Assembly: GCA_937889595.1 (NCBI GenBank) | Contig: CALAOR010000057.1 | Location: 7,500 to 71,499 of the forward strand | Direction of reading: 5' to 3' | Source: an uncultured bacterium | GTDB lineage: Bacteria; Oederibacteriota; PGYV01; Palsa-1178 | Length of the DNA stretch: 64,000 nucleotides | Shown here: piece by piece, positions 55,705 through 64,000 of the stretch | Numbering within the stretch: position 1 is the first letter of the stretch | Layout: every line of letters begins with the position of its first letter | Position numbers and translations under genes: made by a program | The notes under the pieces: generated by a model | What the model was told of the DNA's origin: nothing | Database searches by the model: none | The model's input: only the letters and a program-made list of their open reading frames with translations

Positions 55705-56988
55705 TTAATCCCCCTGGTTAAGAGAGGTGTTTGGAACCACCTGTGACATGAATAAATCGTTAATTTTCTTTCCAAACGCGCCTTTTTGCATCATTTGTTT
55801 TATCTTTGTAATAAGGTCCGATACCATTGCGTGCTTAATTTCGAGGTTTGTGGCAACTTCCGCGGCGATTATCCTCCCGTCAAATATTTCGCGCAGACCG
55901 GCCGTGAATTTTGCCGCTTTCTCAGGCTCCCCCATCTGCAGGGCGTTTATATTGGCTATAAGCCTTGCCGCTTCCAGTATTCCGTCATTTTTTAAATTAC
56001 CGTTCTTATCCGTTATAACCCTTTTTAAGACTTCCGGCATCTTTTTTTCCGCCTCTAAGACCGCCCTAAAAAATATTGTCTGTGCGGCTTTTTTACCGGT
56101 CTTCCCGGATAATATAAGGAGAAAAACCTCCTGTGCCTCTTCAAAAAGCTGTATCATGGAAGACATTTCATTATAATTAAGGGTCACTTCGTTTAATTTC
56201 TGCTGGAATTCCAGGCTCTGAGTTTTCACGGAATCAAGCCGGGACAGTATTTCCTGTTTTTTCCTGGCGCGCTCCTCTTCCATTTCCTTCTTTATTTCAT
56301 CCTTCATCTTGGTCTTCATTTCTTCTTCCTGCAGGTGTTTTGTTTCGGTTTCCACTTTTTCTATGAGCAGCAATTTTTTCAATATTTCTTCTTTTCTTTT
56401 CCTGTCCCTTTCCTCTATTTCCTTCGTCATTTCTTCCTTTATTTGAATTTTTAATTCTTCGTCCCTTAACTTTAGTTTTTCGTCGTCCATCTGCTTGAAT
56501 ACATGCAGTTTTTTAAGGATTTCCTCTTTTTTAATTTTTTCCTTTTCTTCCATTTCCTTCCTTATTTTGGCCTCTATCTCAACCCTTGTTTCCTCGACTT
56601 TTTTCCGCGCTTCCTCTTCAAGCCTTTTGCGGAATTCCTCCTCGAATTTTATCCTCGTTTCTTCCTCTATTTTGCCGCGCAGTTCCGCTTCCATCTCGCG
56701 CCTCATGGTCTGCGCGTCTATGACGGTTGTTTTTTCGCCTATGACGCCGAACTCAACTTCCTGCTTTATTTGGGAGTTCATTTCCTCCTCGACGGCCCGG
56801 TTTACCTGCGTGGTCATGGCGCCTTCAACTTCCTTTTCCATGACGGACTTTATCTCGTCGGCAAGTTCGCGCTTAACCTCATCCTGCACTTCCCTGTCCA
56901 TCAGCGCATTTTGTTTGGACCTCTCCTCTTCAAACTCTCTGAGCAGGGCTTCTTCTTCGTCTGTAAGCTTTTTTTCTTCGGCGCTCAT
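55705..56988 (-). CDS. Hypothetical coiled-coil protein with a C-terminal domain shared with the upstream paralog
   Basis: E/K-rich coiled coil; C-terminal ~150 aa homologous to 56992-58068. Confidence 0.8.
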   Translation of the reverse strand: MSAEEKKLTDEEEALLREFEEERSKQNALMDREVQDEVKRELADEIKSVMEKEVEGAMTTQVNRAVEEEMNSQIKQEVEFGVIGEKTTVIDAQTMRREMEAELRGKIEEETRIKFEEEFRKRLEEEARKKVEETRVEIEAKIRKEMEEKEKIKKEEILKKLHVFKQMDDEKLKLRDEELKIQIKEEMTKEIEERDRKRKEEILKKLLLIEKVETETKHLQEEEMKTKMKDEIKKEMEEERARKKQEILSRLDSVKTQSLEFQQKLNEVTLNYNEMSSMIQLFEEAQEVFLLILSGKTGKKAAQTIFFRAVLEAEKKMPEVLKRVITDKNGNLKNDGILEAARLIANINALQMGEPEKAAKFTAGLREIFDGRIIAAEVATNLEIKHAMVSDLITKIKQMMQKGAFGKKINDLFMSQVVPNTSLNQGD

Positions 56989-56991
56989 ATC

Positions 56992-58068
56992 TTATTCTCC
57001 GGGCTTCATGGCGCGCCCTGAACCGGAGTTAAACGACTGGTTCAGGGTTGTATTGGACACTATATGTTCCACAAATATGTCTTTTAACTTTTGGCTGTAT
57101 TTGTTCCTGTCAAATATCCTGTCTATCTGCATAATTATAGCCGATATTATCTCGTCCTTTACCTCTATGGAAGTGCCGATCTCCGTCGCGATTAGCCTTT
57201 CGTCAAAAATTTGTCTTAAAGCGCCGAGAAATTTCTTCGTTCTTTTTTCTTCATCAGGCGGCATGGAGTTTATGTTTGCCACGATGCGCGGGACTTCTAT
57301 GGATCCGTCTCCCTTGTCTTTTCCGCCCTGGTTTATGTTGACTTTTTTCAGCACGTCATGGTTGGAAGCCATGGCTTTTTCCAGGGTGCGCGCCATCATG
57401 GTCTCAACCGGCTTGCGTTTTATAAGTTTGCCGAGCAGCTGCGCGAAAACTTTCCGGGTTTGTTCAAACATTGACAGCAGTATCACCTTGTCTGAGTGTG
57501 AAGTAACCAAAGCAGACGGCTGTTCTGACGCCCTCCTGTTTAGTACGGCCTGATATTCGGCGCTTTGTATTCTTGACGCTTCAAGCCTTTTGATAGTTTC
57601 TTCCCGCTTGCGGATCCGTTCTTCCTCGGTTACAGGAGGGCCGGGCGGTTTTAACTTAAGTTCCCCTTCCATTGGCGGAAGCCTGTATATGTCGTTTTCT
57701 GTTTCATTTATCTGCGCGATATTCTGCACAGGCGGTTTAACCGGCGGGGCATCAGCGAACGGTGCGGTATTATGGGTAATTTTAATCCCTGGCTTTTCTG
57801 TTTTTGACGGGTCAGACAGGATTTCATATGTGCCGCTCAATGTGTCTTTTTTTGCCTCAAATTCTTTCAGCAGCCTTTCTTCATCTTCGGTTAAAACGCC
57901 GCTTGTTGCCGTTGTTTCCCCGGGACCTGTTTCAAAAAATTCAAGCATTTCCTGTTTTAATATTTTTTTGGCTTCCACGGCCCCGACTTTATCCACTTTT
58001 TCGCCGAAAAGCTCGGAAACCATGTCTTTTATATCATCCATGCTTATTTTTAAACCGTCATCATCCAC
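56992..58068 (-). CDS. Hypothetical protein, paralog of the downstream gene
   Basis: GTG start; shared motifs ANIN, LR.IFD.R, V.NT.LNQ. Confidence 0.8.
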   Translation of the reverse strand: MDDDGLKISMDDIKDMVSELFGEKVDKVGAVEAKKILKQEMLEFFETGPGETTATSGVLTEDEERLLKEFEAKKDTLSGTYEILSDPSKTEKPGIKITHNTAPFADAPPVKPPVQNIAQINETENDIYRLPPMEGELKLKPPGPPVTEEERIRKREETIKRLEASRIQSAEYQAVLNRRASEQPSALVTSHSDKVILLSMFEQTRKVFAQLLGKLIKRKPVETMMARTLEKAMASNHDVLKKVNINQGGKDKGDGSIEVPRIVANINSMPPDEEKRTKKFLGALRQIFDERLIATEIGTSIEVKDEIISAIIMQIDRIFDRNKYSQKLKDIFVEHIVSNTTLNQSFNSGSGRAMKPGE

Positions 58069-58218
58069 AAAATGGCCCCTTTCAAATAAATAATGCCGTA
58101 TTTACACAATTTAACACAATAAACACAGGGTGTCAAACCGCTTTTAGGATGGCTTTTTAGGTGGTTGTGGAATGGCCGTGTGGTATATATTTTTCAAAAT
58201 TATCGAAAACAACTAACT

Positions 58219-58755
58219 TTAAAATTTTGTATCCTTGCCGATTATGGCTCCTGTCCCTTTTACACAGGAAATACTTAAATTGTATTCATTGATGGATTTG
58301 CATAGGTCATTCAGACCGTCAATTTGCATGAACGGTCCTATAAGCGCGCCCGCGATAAACACAGTCATTAATGTTATATCCTTAAAATTAAACGGTATTC
58401 CCGGTTTGTCGTTCTGCACCTGGTATATTGCGGCATCAACACAAACCCACACGCCGCATCCTATGGCAACGGTATCGATCAAAACCCCTGCTGTATTCTT
58501 AAAATAATAACTATCAAGGTATTCCCCGCCCTTTTGGTTGTTTGACAGAAGCTTTGTTATTTCAGCATCATTGGTGGGATATATACCGTCATTGCCGGTG
58601 ATTTTCACATGCGCGCCGGACCAAAAATCAAAATATGGATACATAAGGCGATGCCCGAAAGTTGATGCGTTCATTGTATTTGTTGCCGCATCCGCACATA
58701 ACCCGGCGGAAAATAGAACCGTGATCAATAAAATACCCGTTATTATTTTTTTCAT
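58219..58755 (-). CDS. Hypothetical exported/membrane protein
   Basis: Signal peptide and two hydrophobic segments; AAGGA SD. Confidence 0.65.
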   Translation of the reverse strand: MKKIITGILLITVLFSAGLCADAATNTMNASTFGHRLMYPYFDFWSGAHVKITGNDGIYPTNDAEITKLLSNNQKGGEYLDSYYFKNTAGVLIDTVAIGCGVWVCVDAAIYQVQNDKPGIPFNFKDITLMTVFIAGALIGPFMQIDGLNDLCKSINEYNLSISCVKGTGAIIGKDTKF

Positions 58756-58773
58756 TTAATTGTTCCTTTAATT

Positions 58774-59070
58774 TTACTTGGCCGCTTCATTGACCTTTGT
58801 CCAATCGCGTATACGGCCGTTATACTGGCCTCCGGTCATTGGCGGAGACATTATAAAGTGTATCTTTCCCTTGTACATCTCGCAGATGCCGTTTAAAGCC
58901 TTTAAAATGATGTTCCATTGCGCGTCGGACTCTGCCTTTACTACAATATATTTTGAAACAGGTTCCGTTACTATCAAGGCGTGCTTTTTTATTATGTCCG
59001 TGATCAGGCTGCTTATACGTTTAAAATTGTCCTCGTCCGATTCGATGTCCCATGATACAGTAAAATGCAT
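58774..59070 (-). CDS. Small hypothetical protein
   Basis: 98-aa ORF behind GGAGG. Confidence 0.65.
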   Translation of the reverse strand: MHFTVSWDIESDEDNFKRISSLITDIIKKHALIVTEPVSKYIVVKAESDAQWNIILKALNGICEMYKGKIHFIMSPPMTGGQYNGRIRDWTKVNEAAK

Positions 59071-59107
59071 ATACCCTCCGGAAAATTATTTTTATCATTA
59101 TATCATA

Positions 59108-59161
59108 GTGCTGGCGGAAAACCCTATAAAACCATGAAATTCTTCATCGTGTTCGGTGCGG
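59108..59161. mobile_element. Family A left-end fragment
   Basis: GCTGGCGGAAAACCCTATAAAACCATGAAATTCTTCATCGTGTTCGGTGCGG. Confidence 0.7.
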
Positions 59162-59283
59162 TACGCTAAATTGTGCAGGGAGTCCGGGAAAACAAAAGGT
59201 AAATATCAGCAGGGTTACAGGCAGCCAATCCTTGAAAAAATATAGTATATACTAAAACCTGTTATAAAAGATTTCCCCCAGTA

Positions 59284-61383
59284 TCATCTCAGTACAACAA
59301 GAACCTTTGTCTGCCGGCTTTTCCTGATCTTGCTTTCATATTCATACCTTAGATAATATATCCCGTTTGAAAGCGTATTTTCCAGCGCTATTTCCGCTAT
59401 ATTGTCGCCCTTTGGTCCGGCAACAAGGTCATATTTCCTTATCAGCCTGAATGATACCGAATATATACCGACCCTGATCGCAGCCTCCCCATCAGGCGCG
59501 TAATATTTTATGGAAACCTTGTCTTTTGCCGGATTTGGGTACATGACAATAATAAAGGAATCCTCGCCCCTGTCCACAATGGTGGCGGTCACAGTCGGCG
59601 TGGCGGTGGTGAAGGTCATTGTCCGGGTGCATGTTGGCGTGAAAGTCTCGGTATACGTGCACGTGGATGTAGCGGTACTGCTTGATGTTGCTGTCCTGGT
59701 CATGCTCACGGTCAACGTAACAGTACTGGTCTGTGTGCGGGTATTTGTCGCGGACGGCGTTGAGCTGTGTGTGGAAGTAGGCGTCACTGTCGCGGTAAAT
59801 GTGGTTGTACGGGTTCCGGTGGCGGTTGACGTCTGCGTGGTTGTTGCCTGCAGGGTGCGCGTAATAGTGGCGGTTTGTGTGCCTGTGCTTGTCGCGGAAA
59901 GCGTCGCGCTGTATACGGGTGTAACTGTTTTGGTCGTGGTAAATATAGAGGTATATGTGGCTGTTAATACCGGTGTTGGCGTTGACTGCGGAGTACGTGT
60001 ATATGTGACAGTCTGCGTGCGGGTGTATGTAACGGATTGCGTTGATGTTTGTGTAAATGCCGGCGTAGTTGTATCCGCTTTTGTCGCGGTATTCGTCCCC
60101 GCCGGTGTCGGTGAATTTGCATTTGTGAAAACCGCAGTTGCCGTGTATGTCCCTGTTTCTGTCGGAGTGACAGCCTGTGTCTGCGTAACTGCCGGCGTTA
60201 AACTCGCGGTAATGACGGGAGTTCTGGTCTGCGTCACCACGCGCGTATTGGTCCATGTACGCGTTGGGGTAATCGTCCTTGTGGCTGTACGGGTCCTGGT
60301 AATGGTCCTTGTCGGCGTACAGGTACGTACTGTTACAGTGAAATTCTGCCTTGTACCGTCCTCACCGTAAATACCCGCAGTTCCTGTCCCTTCTATCCTT
60401 ACCCTCATCCTGCCAGAATCAAGCCCTGCGGGAATATGCCATGTATATGTATTCTGGTCGACAACAGACGCAAGATTCGACACTATCAGGGTCCAGTCAA
60501 CCCCGCCGTTTGCCGAATAGTACAGGTTTACGGCCGTTATATCCGGACCAAACTGAATCCACTGTATATTTGTATCTGTATCTGCAACAAGCGTAACTCC
60601 TTTTCCGCCGTCGGGCACGGTCAGTTCCACGTCCGACGTCATTCCCGGGTCCTGCGGATGTACGGTGATAAGTTCAGTACCGGTAGTTGCGGTAGTCGAA
60701 TCGTTCAGATAGTACACGTAGTTCCAATCGTGCCTCATCTCGTCCCATGTATCGTAATTTATCAGGTAGTTTATGCCGCTGCTTTGCGTATATCCCCAGA
60801 CGCTGATGCAATGCCCCGTATCAGGCCCCCATTCGCACCAGACAACCGGTTTGTCATTGTCAATTTCTTTTGTCATAAGGTCCCATGCCCAGTTGTTCGC
60901 GGAATTACCCTGTATCGCGGCGGCCCAGTTCTTGGCGCCGGCATAACCTCTGGCTGCCGCGACCACGGTAATTCCGCGCGCTATGTAATTTGAAGCCGTA
61001 CTGCCTGTATCGCCGGTCGTATGCATGGCATCGGCAAGGTCATGTATCAGGTTAGGCCTGGCATAAGCCAAGTTTGCGTTCTGCCACTGATAATTAGTGC
61101 CGTTGTTACTGATGAATGATTCCATGGCCGGCTGGTCTATGTAGTACTGTATTAACCTGCCCCACTGCGTGCATTTCGTGTTTCCGCCGTTCCCGTCAGG
61201 CCCGTAAAAATCCCAGTAAGACAGTGTGATAGCTGAAGACGTCGGCGCGCACCCGGCTGTCCATCCGTACGGCTGCATGCGGAGCTTTGTGGTGCCGTTG
61301 TGATTTGCCACAAACACATCCGCCCCAAAAACAGCAGCATTCAAAAATAACATGGATAAAAATGCGGCCGCAACGCGTTTCAT
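59284..61383 (-). CDS. Secreted papain-fold (C10/C39-like) cysteine peptidase with Ig-like domain, Thr-rich linker and YPNP-type C-terminal sorting domain
   Basis: GC(A)PT..LSYWD (Cys), GHCISVWGY (His), YDTWD; TxT linker; MYPNP..GIYS..RLIR..LSNGIYY..K..VLR. Confidence 0.8.
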   Translation of the reverse strand: MKRVAAAFLSMLFLNAAVFGADVFVANHNGTTKLRMQPYGWTAGCAPTSSAITLSYWDFYGPDGNGGNTKCTQWGRLIQYYIDQPAMESFISNNGTNYQWQNANLAYARPNLIHDLADAMHTTGDTGSTASNYIARGITVVAAARGYAGAKNWAAAIQGNSANNWAWDLMTKEIDNDKPVVWCEWGPDTGHCISVWGYTQSSGINYLINYDTWDEMRHDWNYVYYLNDSTTATTGTELITVHPQDPGMTSDVELTVPDGGKGVTLVADTDTNIQWIQFGPDITAVNLYYSANGGVDWTLIVSNLASVVDQNTYTWHIPAGLDSGRMRVRIEGTGTAGIYGEDGTRQNFTVTVRTCTPTRTITRTRTATRTITPTRTWTNTRVVTQTRTPVITASLTPAVTQTQAVTPTETGTYTATAVFTNANSPTPAGTNTATKADTTTPAFTQTSTQSVTYTRTQTVTYTRTPQSTPTPVLTATYTSIFTTTKTVTPVYSATLSATSTGTQTATITRTLQATTTQTSTATGTRTTTFTATVTPTSTHSSTPSATNTRTQTSTVTLTVSMTRTATSSSTATSTCTYTETFTPTCTRTMTFTTATPTVTATIVDRGEDSFIIVMYPNPAKDKVSIKYYAPDGEAAIRVGIYSVSFRLIRKYDLVAGPKGDNIAEIALENTLSNGIYYLRYEYESKIRKSRQTKVLVVLR

Positions 61384-62111
61384 TGTTCCTCACCGATGCG
61401 TTTTTTCTGCGCGTGCCACTGCTGTTTTATTATTTCCCTTATCTTTTCATTTTCGGAGACATCGGGATTTTGTTTGATATTATTTGAACGCTTTTTTATG
61501 GAGTCAATCCCGGCTTTCTTTACCGGGAAAGCGCCACTCAAAAATATTTCAGCGCCGGACTGAAACTCATAGTATTGTTCAACTGGCGAAAAATAAAATA
61601 TCCTGGAAAGTTTGTGTCCTGTTGAAAATTGCGCCTGCATCAGGTCCAGCATGGTATAAAACGGAGGCAGCCCGTGTATCCGTTCTATGACAGGAACAGT
61701 GCCGGATACAGCCGACATTACTATAGTGCCGTAGCGGTCAATCCCCCACTTTAACTTCTTTGCCTTTTCCATTTTTTCGCGGTCGCCTTGCGCGGCCGCT
61801 TCCGAATACAGCCTCCTGCCTTCTTTTATATCCGATGTGATACGGTCATAGGCTTCAGGCTCACCGTTGATCCTATAAATGAACATGTATACGGAAATAT
61901 TCCCGTCAGCATCGACACACGGTATCTCAGCCGCGATTTTAACGGTTCCCCAGGCATCCTTTGCCTGAAGCTCTGCTATTTTACGAAGGGTATCGACAGG
62001 GATGCCGGTTTTATCATTAAAATTACCGGTTGGGAAACCAAGAGGCCAGTTCTCTGCGGATAATATGGAAATGACAAGCATCAGGAATATTATGAGAATG
62101 GTTCTTTTCAT
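61380..62111 (-). CDS. Secreted protein resembling a peptidase propeptide/Spi-type inhibitor
   Basis: Signal peptide; D.DG...VYMF..YGTIVMSA....PVIE pattern; ATGA-coupled to the peptidase. Confidence 0.55.
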   Translation of the reverse strand: MKRTILIIFLMLVISILSAENWPLGFPTGNFNDKTGIPVDTLRKIAELQAKDAWGTVKIAAEIPCVDADGNISVYMFIYRINGEPEAYDRITSDIKEGRRLYSEAAAQGDREKMEKAKKLKWGIDRYGTIVMSAVSGTVPVIERIHGLPPFYTMLDLMQAQFSTGHKLSRIFYFSPVEQYYEFQSGAEIFLSGAFPVKKAGIDSIKKRSNNIKQNPDVSENEKIREIIKQQWHAQKKRIGEEQ

Positions 62112-62378
62112 AAATAAAGTCCTCCAAAAAGGCGCAAACTTTTTTTTTAATGCAACTATCCCTTGTCCCCGGAATAATGCTGTAACGAACCTATGGTAAT
62201 TATAGCAGAAAATATTTGCCTTTCATTAAAAATCGTGAATTTAAATGCATATATGACAAAAACACAGCATTTCTACGTCCGGTATTTTGTACGTTTTTCT
62301 GATTGCCTCACTTACATCGAAGGAGAAACAAGAAATGCGATGGAATGGCTTAAATAAAAGGGCTTAATCCACAGTGTA

Positions 62379-63479
62379 TTATAACGGCGTCATGCCCAGT
62401 ATTTTCCCTGTTTCCGGATTGATAACGTAAAGCTCGTCTGTTGAGTTCACATCCGCGTCCGACCTTGTGATTACCATAACGGCTGATTCCGATATCCATT
62501 TGTATTCGTCCATATAATCCTGCGTTTTGAATACGACCTTTTTGTCCACTACAAACGAGTTGTAAATGTATCCATGTTCCTTTTTATTGTAATATCCGTA
62601 CAACCAGGAAATTTTTGTTCCGGACGGGGATAAATCCGGGGAATGGATTTTTCCCCAATCTTCCCTGCCTGTTATATCCGAGGATATATTTTTGACAGGG
62701 TCAATAAGAATGACGCCGTTATTTTTTCCTGAAGACCCGGCCATGGCAGCGGCTTTATCTGCCCTGGAACTTATGTTTATCTGGTTCAAATCCCCGGCTC
62801 CCCAGCCGCGGTATTTGAATAAAGAAATTGTATTCCCGGAAAAATCCACACTTATAAGTTCCCGTGAACCTTCAGAAGGGTACTGGCATATTATATTGTT
62901 CCCCGCACCCCACCCGACGTATATCCCTTTTATAGGCACGGGAACCGTCCCACCGGACGCCGTATCATAAATAAAATACCCGGAAGCATGGCCCTCTTTT
63001 GCGATTCCTGCGGCTTTACCATGCTGTGTGCCAGGTTTTTTTGCGCGCGGGGAACCATCATAATCACCTTCGTCCCCCTCAATATTTTCCATTACATGAT
63101 AAAGAAGCATTTTTCCGTCATGCGACCAGCCGTTGATAAATATTTTAAATTGTCCGGCACTATTTAGAGGAGCTATCTTTCTGTTTTCCCCCGTTAAGAT
63201 ATTTTTTATCCGGATTATCCCGTCATCGCAATAAGCAATATGTTCTTTATCAGGCGACGCTTGCGGTATTGTTGTGCCTTCGTTGGACGCTTCAGACTGG
63301 CCGTTAAAGGACAGCTGCAGGATCATTTTCGTCTCGCCGTTCTCATAGACCTTATATACCTTATATGTTTCGTCTGTTATCCTGGCAGGATAAATAATAA
63401 ACCCGCCCTTGTTCTTCACCGTGCCGAACGCAGCCGCAAAGAACATGGTGCACAGCAGTATAAAAGCCCCTTTGATCAT
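62379..63479 (-). CDS. Exported TolB/WD40-like beta-propeller protein
   Basis: SPD..IAY, WS.DGK.LLY, SPSG.KI repeats. Confidence 0.65.
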   Translation of the reverse strand: MIKGAFILLCTMFFAAAFGTVKNKGGFIIYPARITDETYKVYKVYENGETKMILQLSFNGQSEASNEGTTIPQASPDKEHIAYCDDGIIRIKNILTGENRKIAPLNSAGQFKIFINGWSHDGKMLLYHVMENIEGDEGDYDGSPRAKKPGTQHGKAAGIAKEGHASGYFIYDTASGGTVPVPIKGIYVGWGAGNNIICQYPSEGSRELISVDFSGNTISLFKYRGWGAGDLNQINISSRADKAAAMAGSSGKNNGVILIDPVKNISSDITGREDWGKIHSPDLSPSGTKISWLYGYYNKKEHGYIYNSFVVDKKVVFKTQDYMDEYKWISESAVMVITRSDADVNSTDELYVINPETGKILGMTPL

Positions 63480-64000
63480 ATCTTTTCAAGCCCCGCGATT
63501 TTTGCCGACAGAGTTTTTTTGCCGCCGCTGCGGAACAAAACAGTGATCTTCAGGTCATCGCCGTATGGTTCGGCTTTTAATATGGTTCCCTGGCCGAGTT
63601 TTGCGTGCTTTACCTTCTGGCCCGGAATAAACTGCGCTTCCGCGGGTTCGTCGTTATATACCGCGTCTGTTCCCGGCGCGGGGCAGGAAACTTCATGTTC
63701 GTCATCAGGGCCGTTCCCGTAATATTTCTCTTCGGTCCGCTTTATCGGCAGCCTGCCTTTACGCTCTAAAATTTCCTCGGGAATTTCATTTACAAACCTT
63801 GAGATTGCGCCCATCTTTTTTGTCCCGAACTGCCTGCGGGATACGGCGCTCATGATATATAATTTCTTCCTTGCCCTGGTTATCGCCACATACGCGAGCC
63901 TGCGTTCTTCCTCTATGCCTCCCTGCTCTTCCAGGCAGTTCTTGTGGGGAAAAATTCCCTCGTCCATGCCTGTTAAAAATACCATGTCAAATTCCAGTCC
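63476..64000 (-). CDS. pcrA: ATP-dependent helicase PcrA/UvrD, C-terminal part (5'-truncated)
   Basis: GLEF..VFL.GM.EGIFPH, EEERRLAYVAITRA, C-terminal Tudor-like V.H.K.G.G. Confidence 0.92.
   Translation of the reverse strand, partial: GLEFDMVFLTGMDEGIFPHKNCLEEQGGIEEERRLAYVAITRARKKLYIMSAVSRRQFGTKKMGAISRFVNEIPEEILERKGRLPIKRTEEKYYGNGPDDEHEVSCPAPGTDAVYNDEPAEAQFIPGQKVKHAKLGQGTILKAEPYGDDLKITVLFRSGGKKTLSAKIAGLEKI

Noticed and set aside
56495-57553. 352-aa plus-strand ORF and other long antisense ORFs over the che, topA and MCP genes
   Set aside because: Ser/Phe-rich mirror translations of well-supported minus-strand genes.
59492-60370. Long alternative ORFs (Val-rich 286 aa on plus; 254 aa on minus)
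   Set aside because: Stop-poor shadows of the Thr-rich linker of the peptidase.

Overview
Chromosomal 64-kb window from a diderm bacterium; most genes lie on the minus strand. Thr-rich secreted proteins, a YPNP-type C-terminal sorting domain and Firmicutes/Thermotoga-type Che proteins suggest a Ca. Goldbacteria/Firestonebacteria-like lineage (inference only). Housekeeping genes include xerC-topA-dprA, dinB, lepB, pyk, cutA, nadE, a dGTPase, the pcrA/uvrD 3' end and tRNA-Ile2(CAU). The main discovery candidate is a ~16-kb co-oriented F1/Dif-like chemosensory operon (25919->10211). Besides CheA/B/C/C/D/R/W/Y/Y and a sensor-less MCP, it contains a translationally coupled P-II protein with a remodelled T-loop, a CheW fused to an MshEN-like c-di-GMP-receptor domain, an HD-GYP phosphodiesterase, two TPR proteins and a TsaP/FlgT-like exported protein. 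It is followed by an FtsA/PilM-like ATPase with beta-grasp-like repeats. No flagellar genes are present in the window. Intergenic DNA carries a TIR-bounded MITE-like family (7 copies; one in the operon's predicted 5' UTR, one supplying the dinB stop), GTAG-type REP hairpins and a second ~220-280-bp structured repeat. Also present are three small Ala/Lys/Thr-rich exported proteins derived partly by tandem duplication, a cysteine peptidase with a separately encoded propeptide-like partner, and a paralogous pair of unknown proteins. All family calls come from motif recognition by eye, not database searches.
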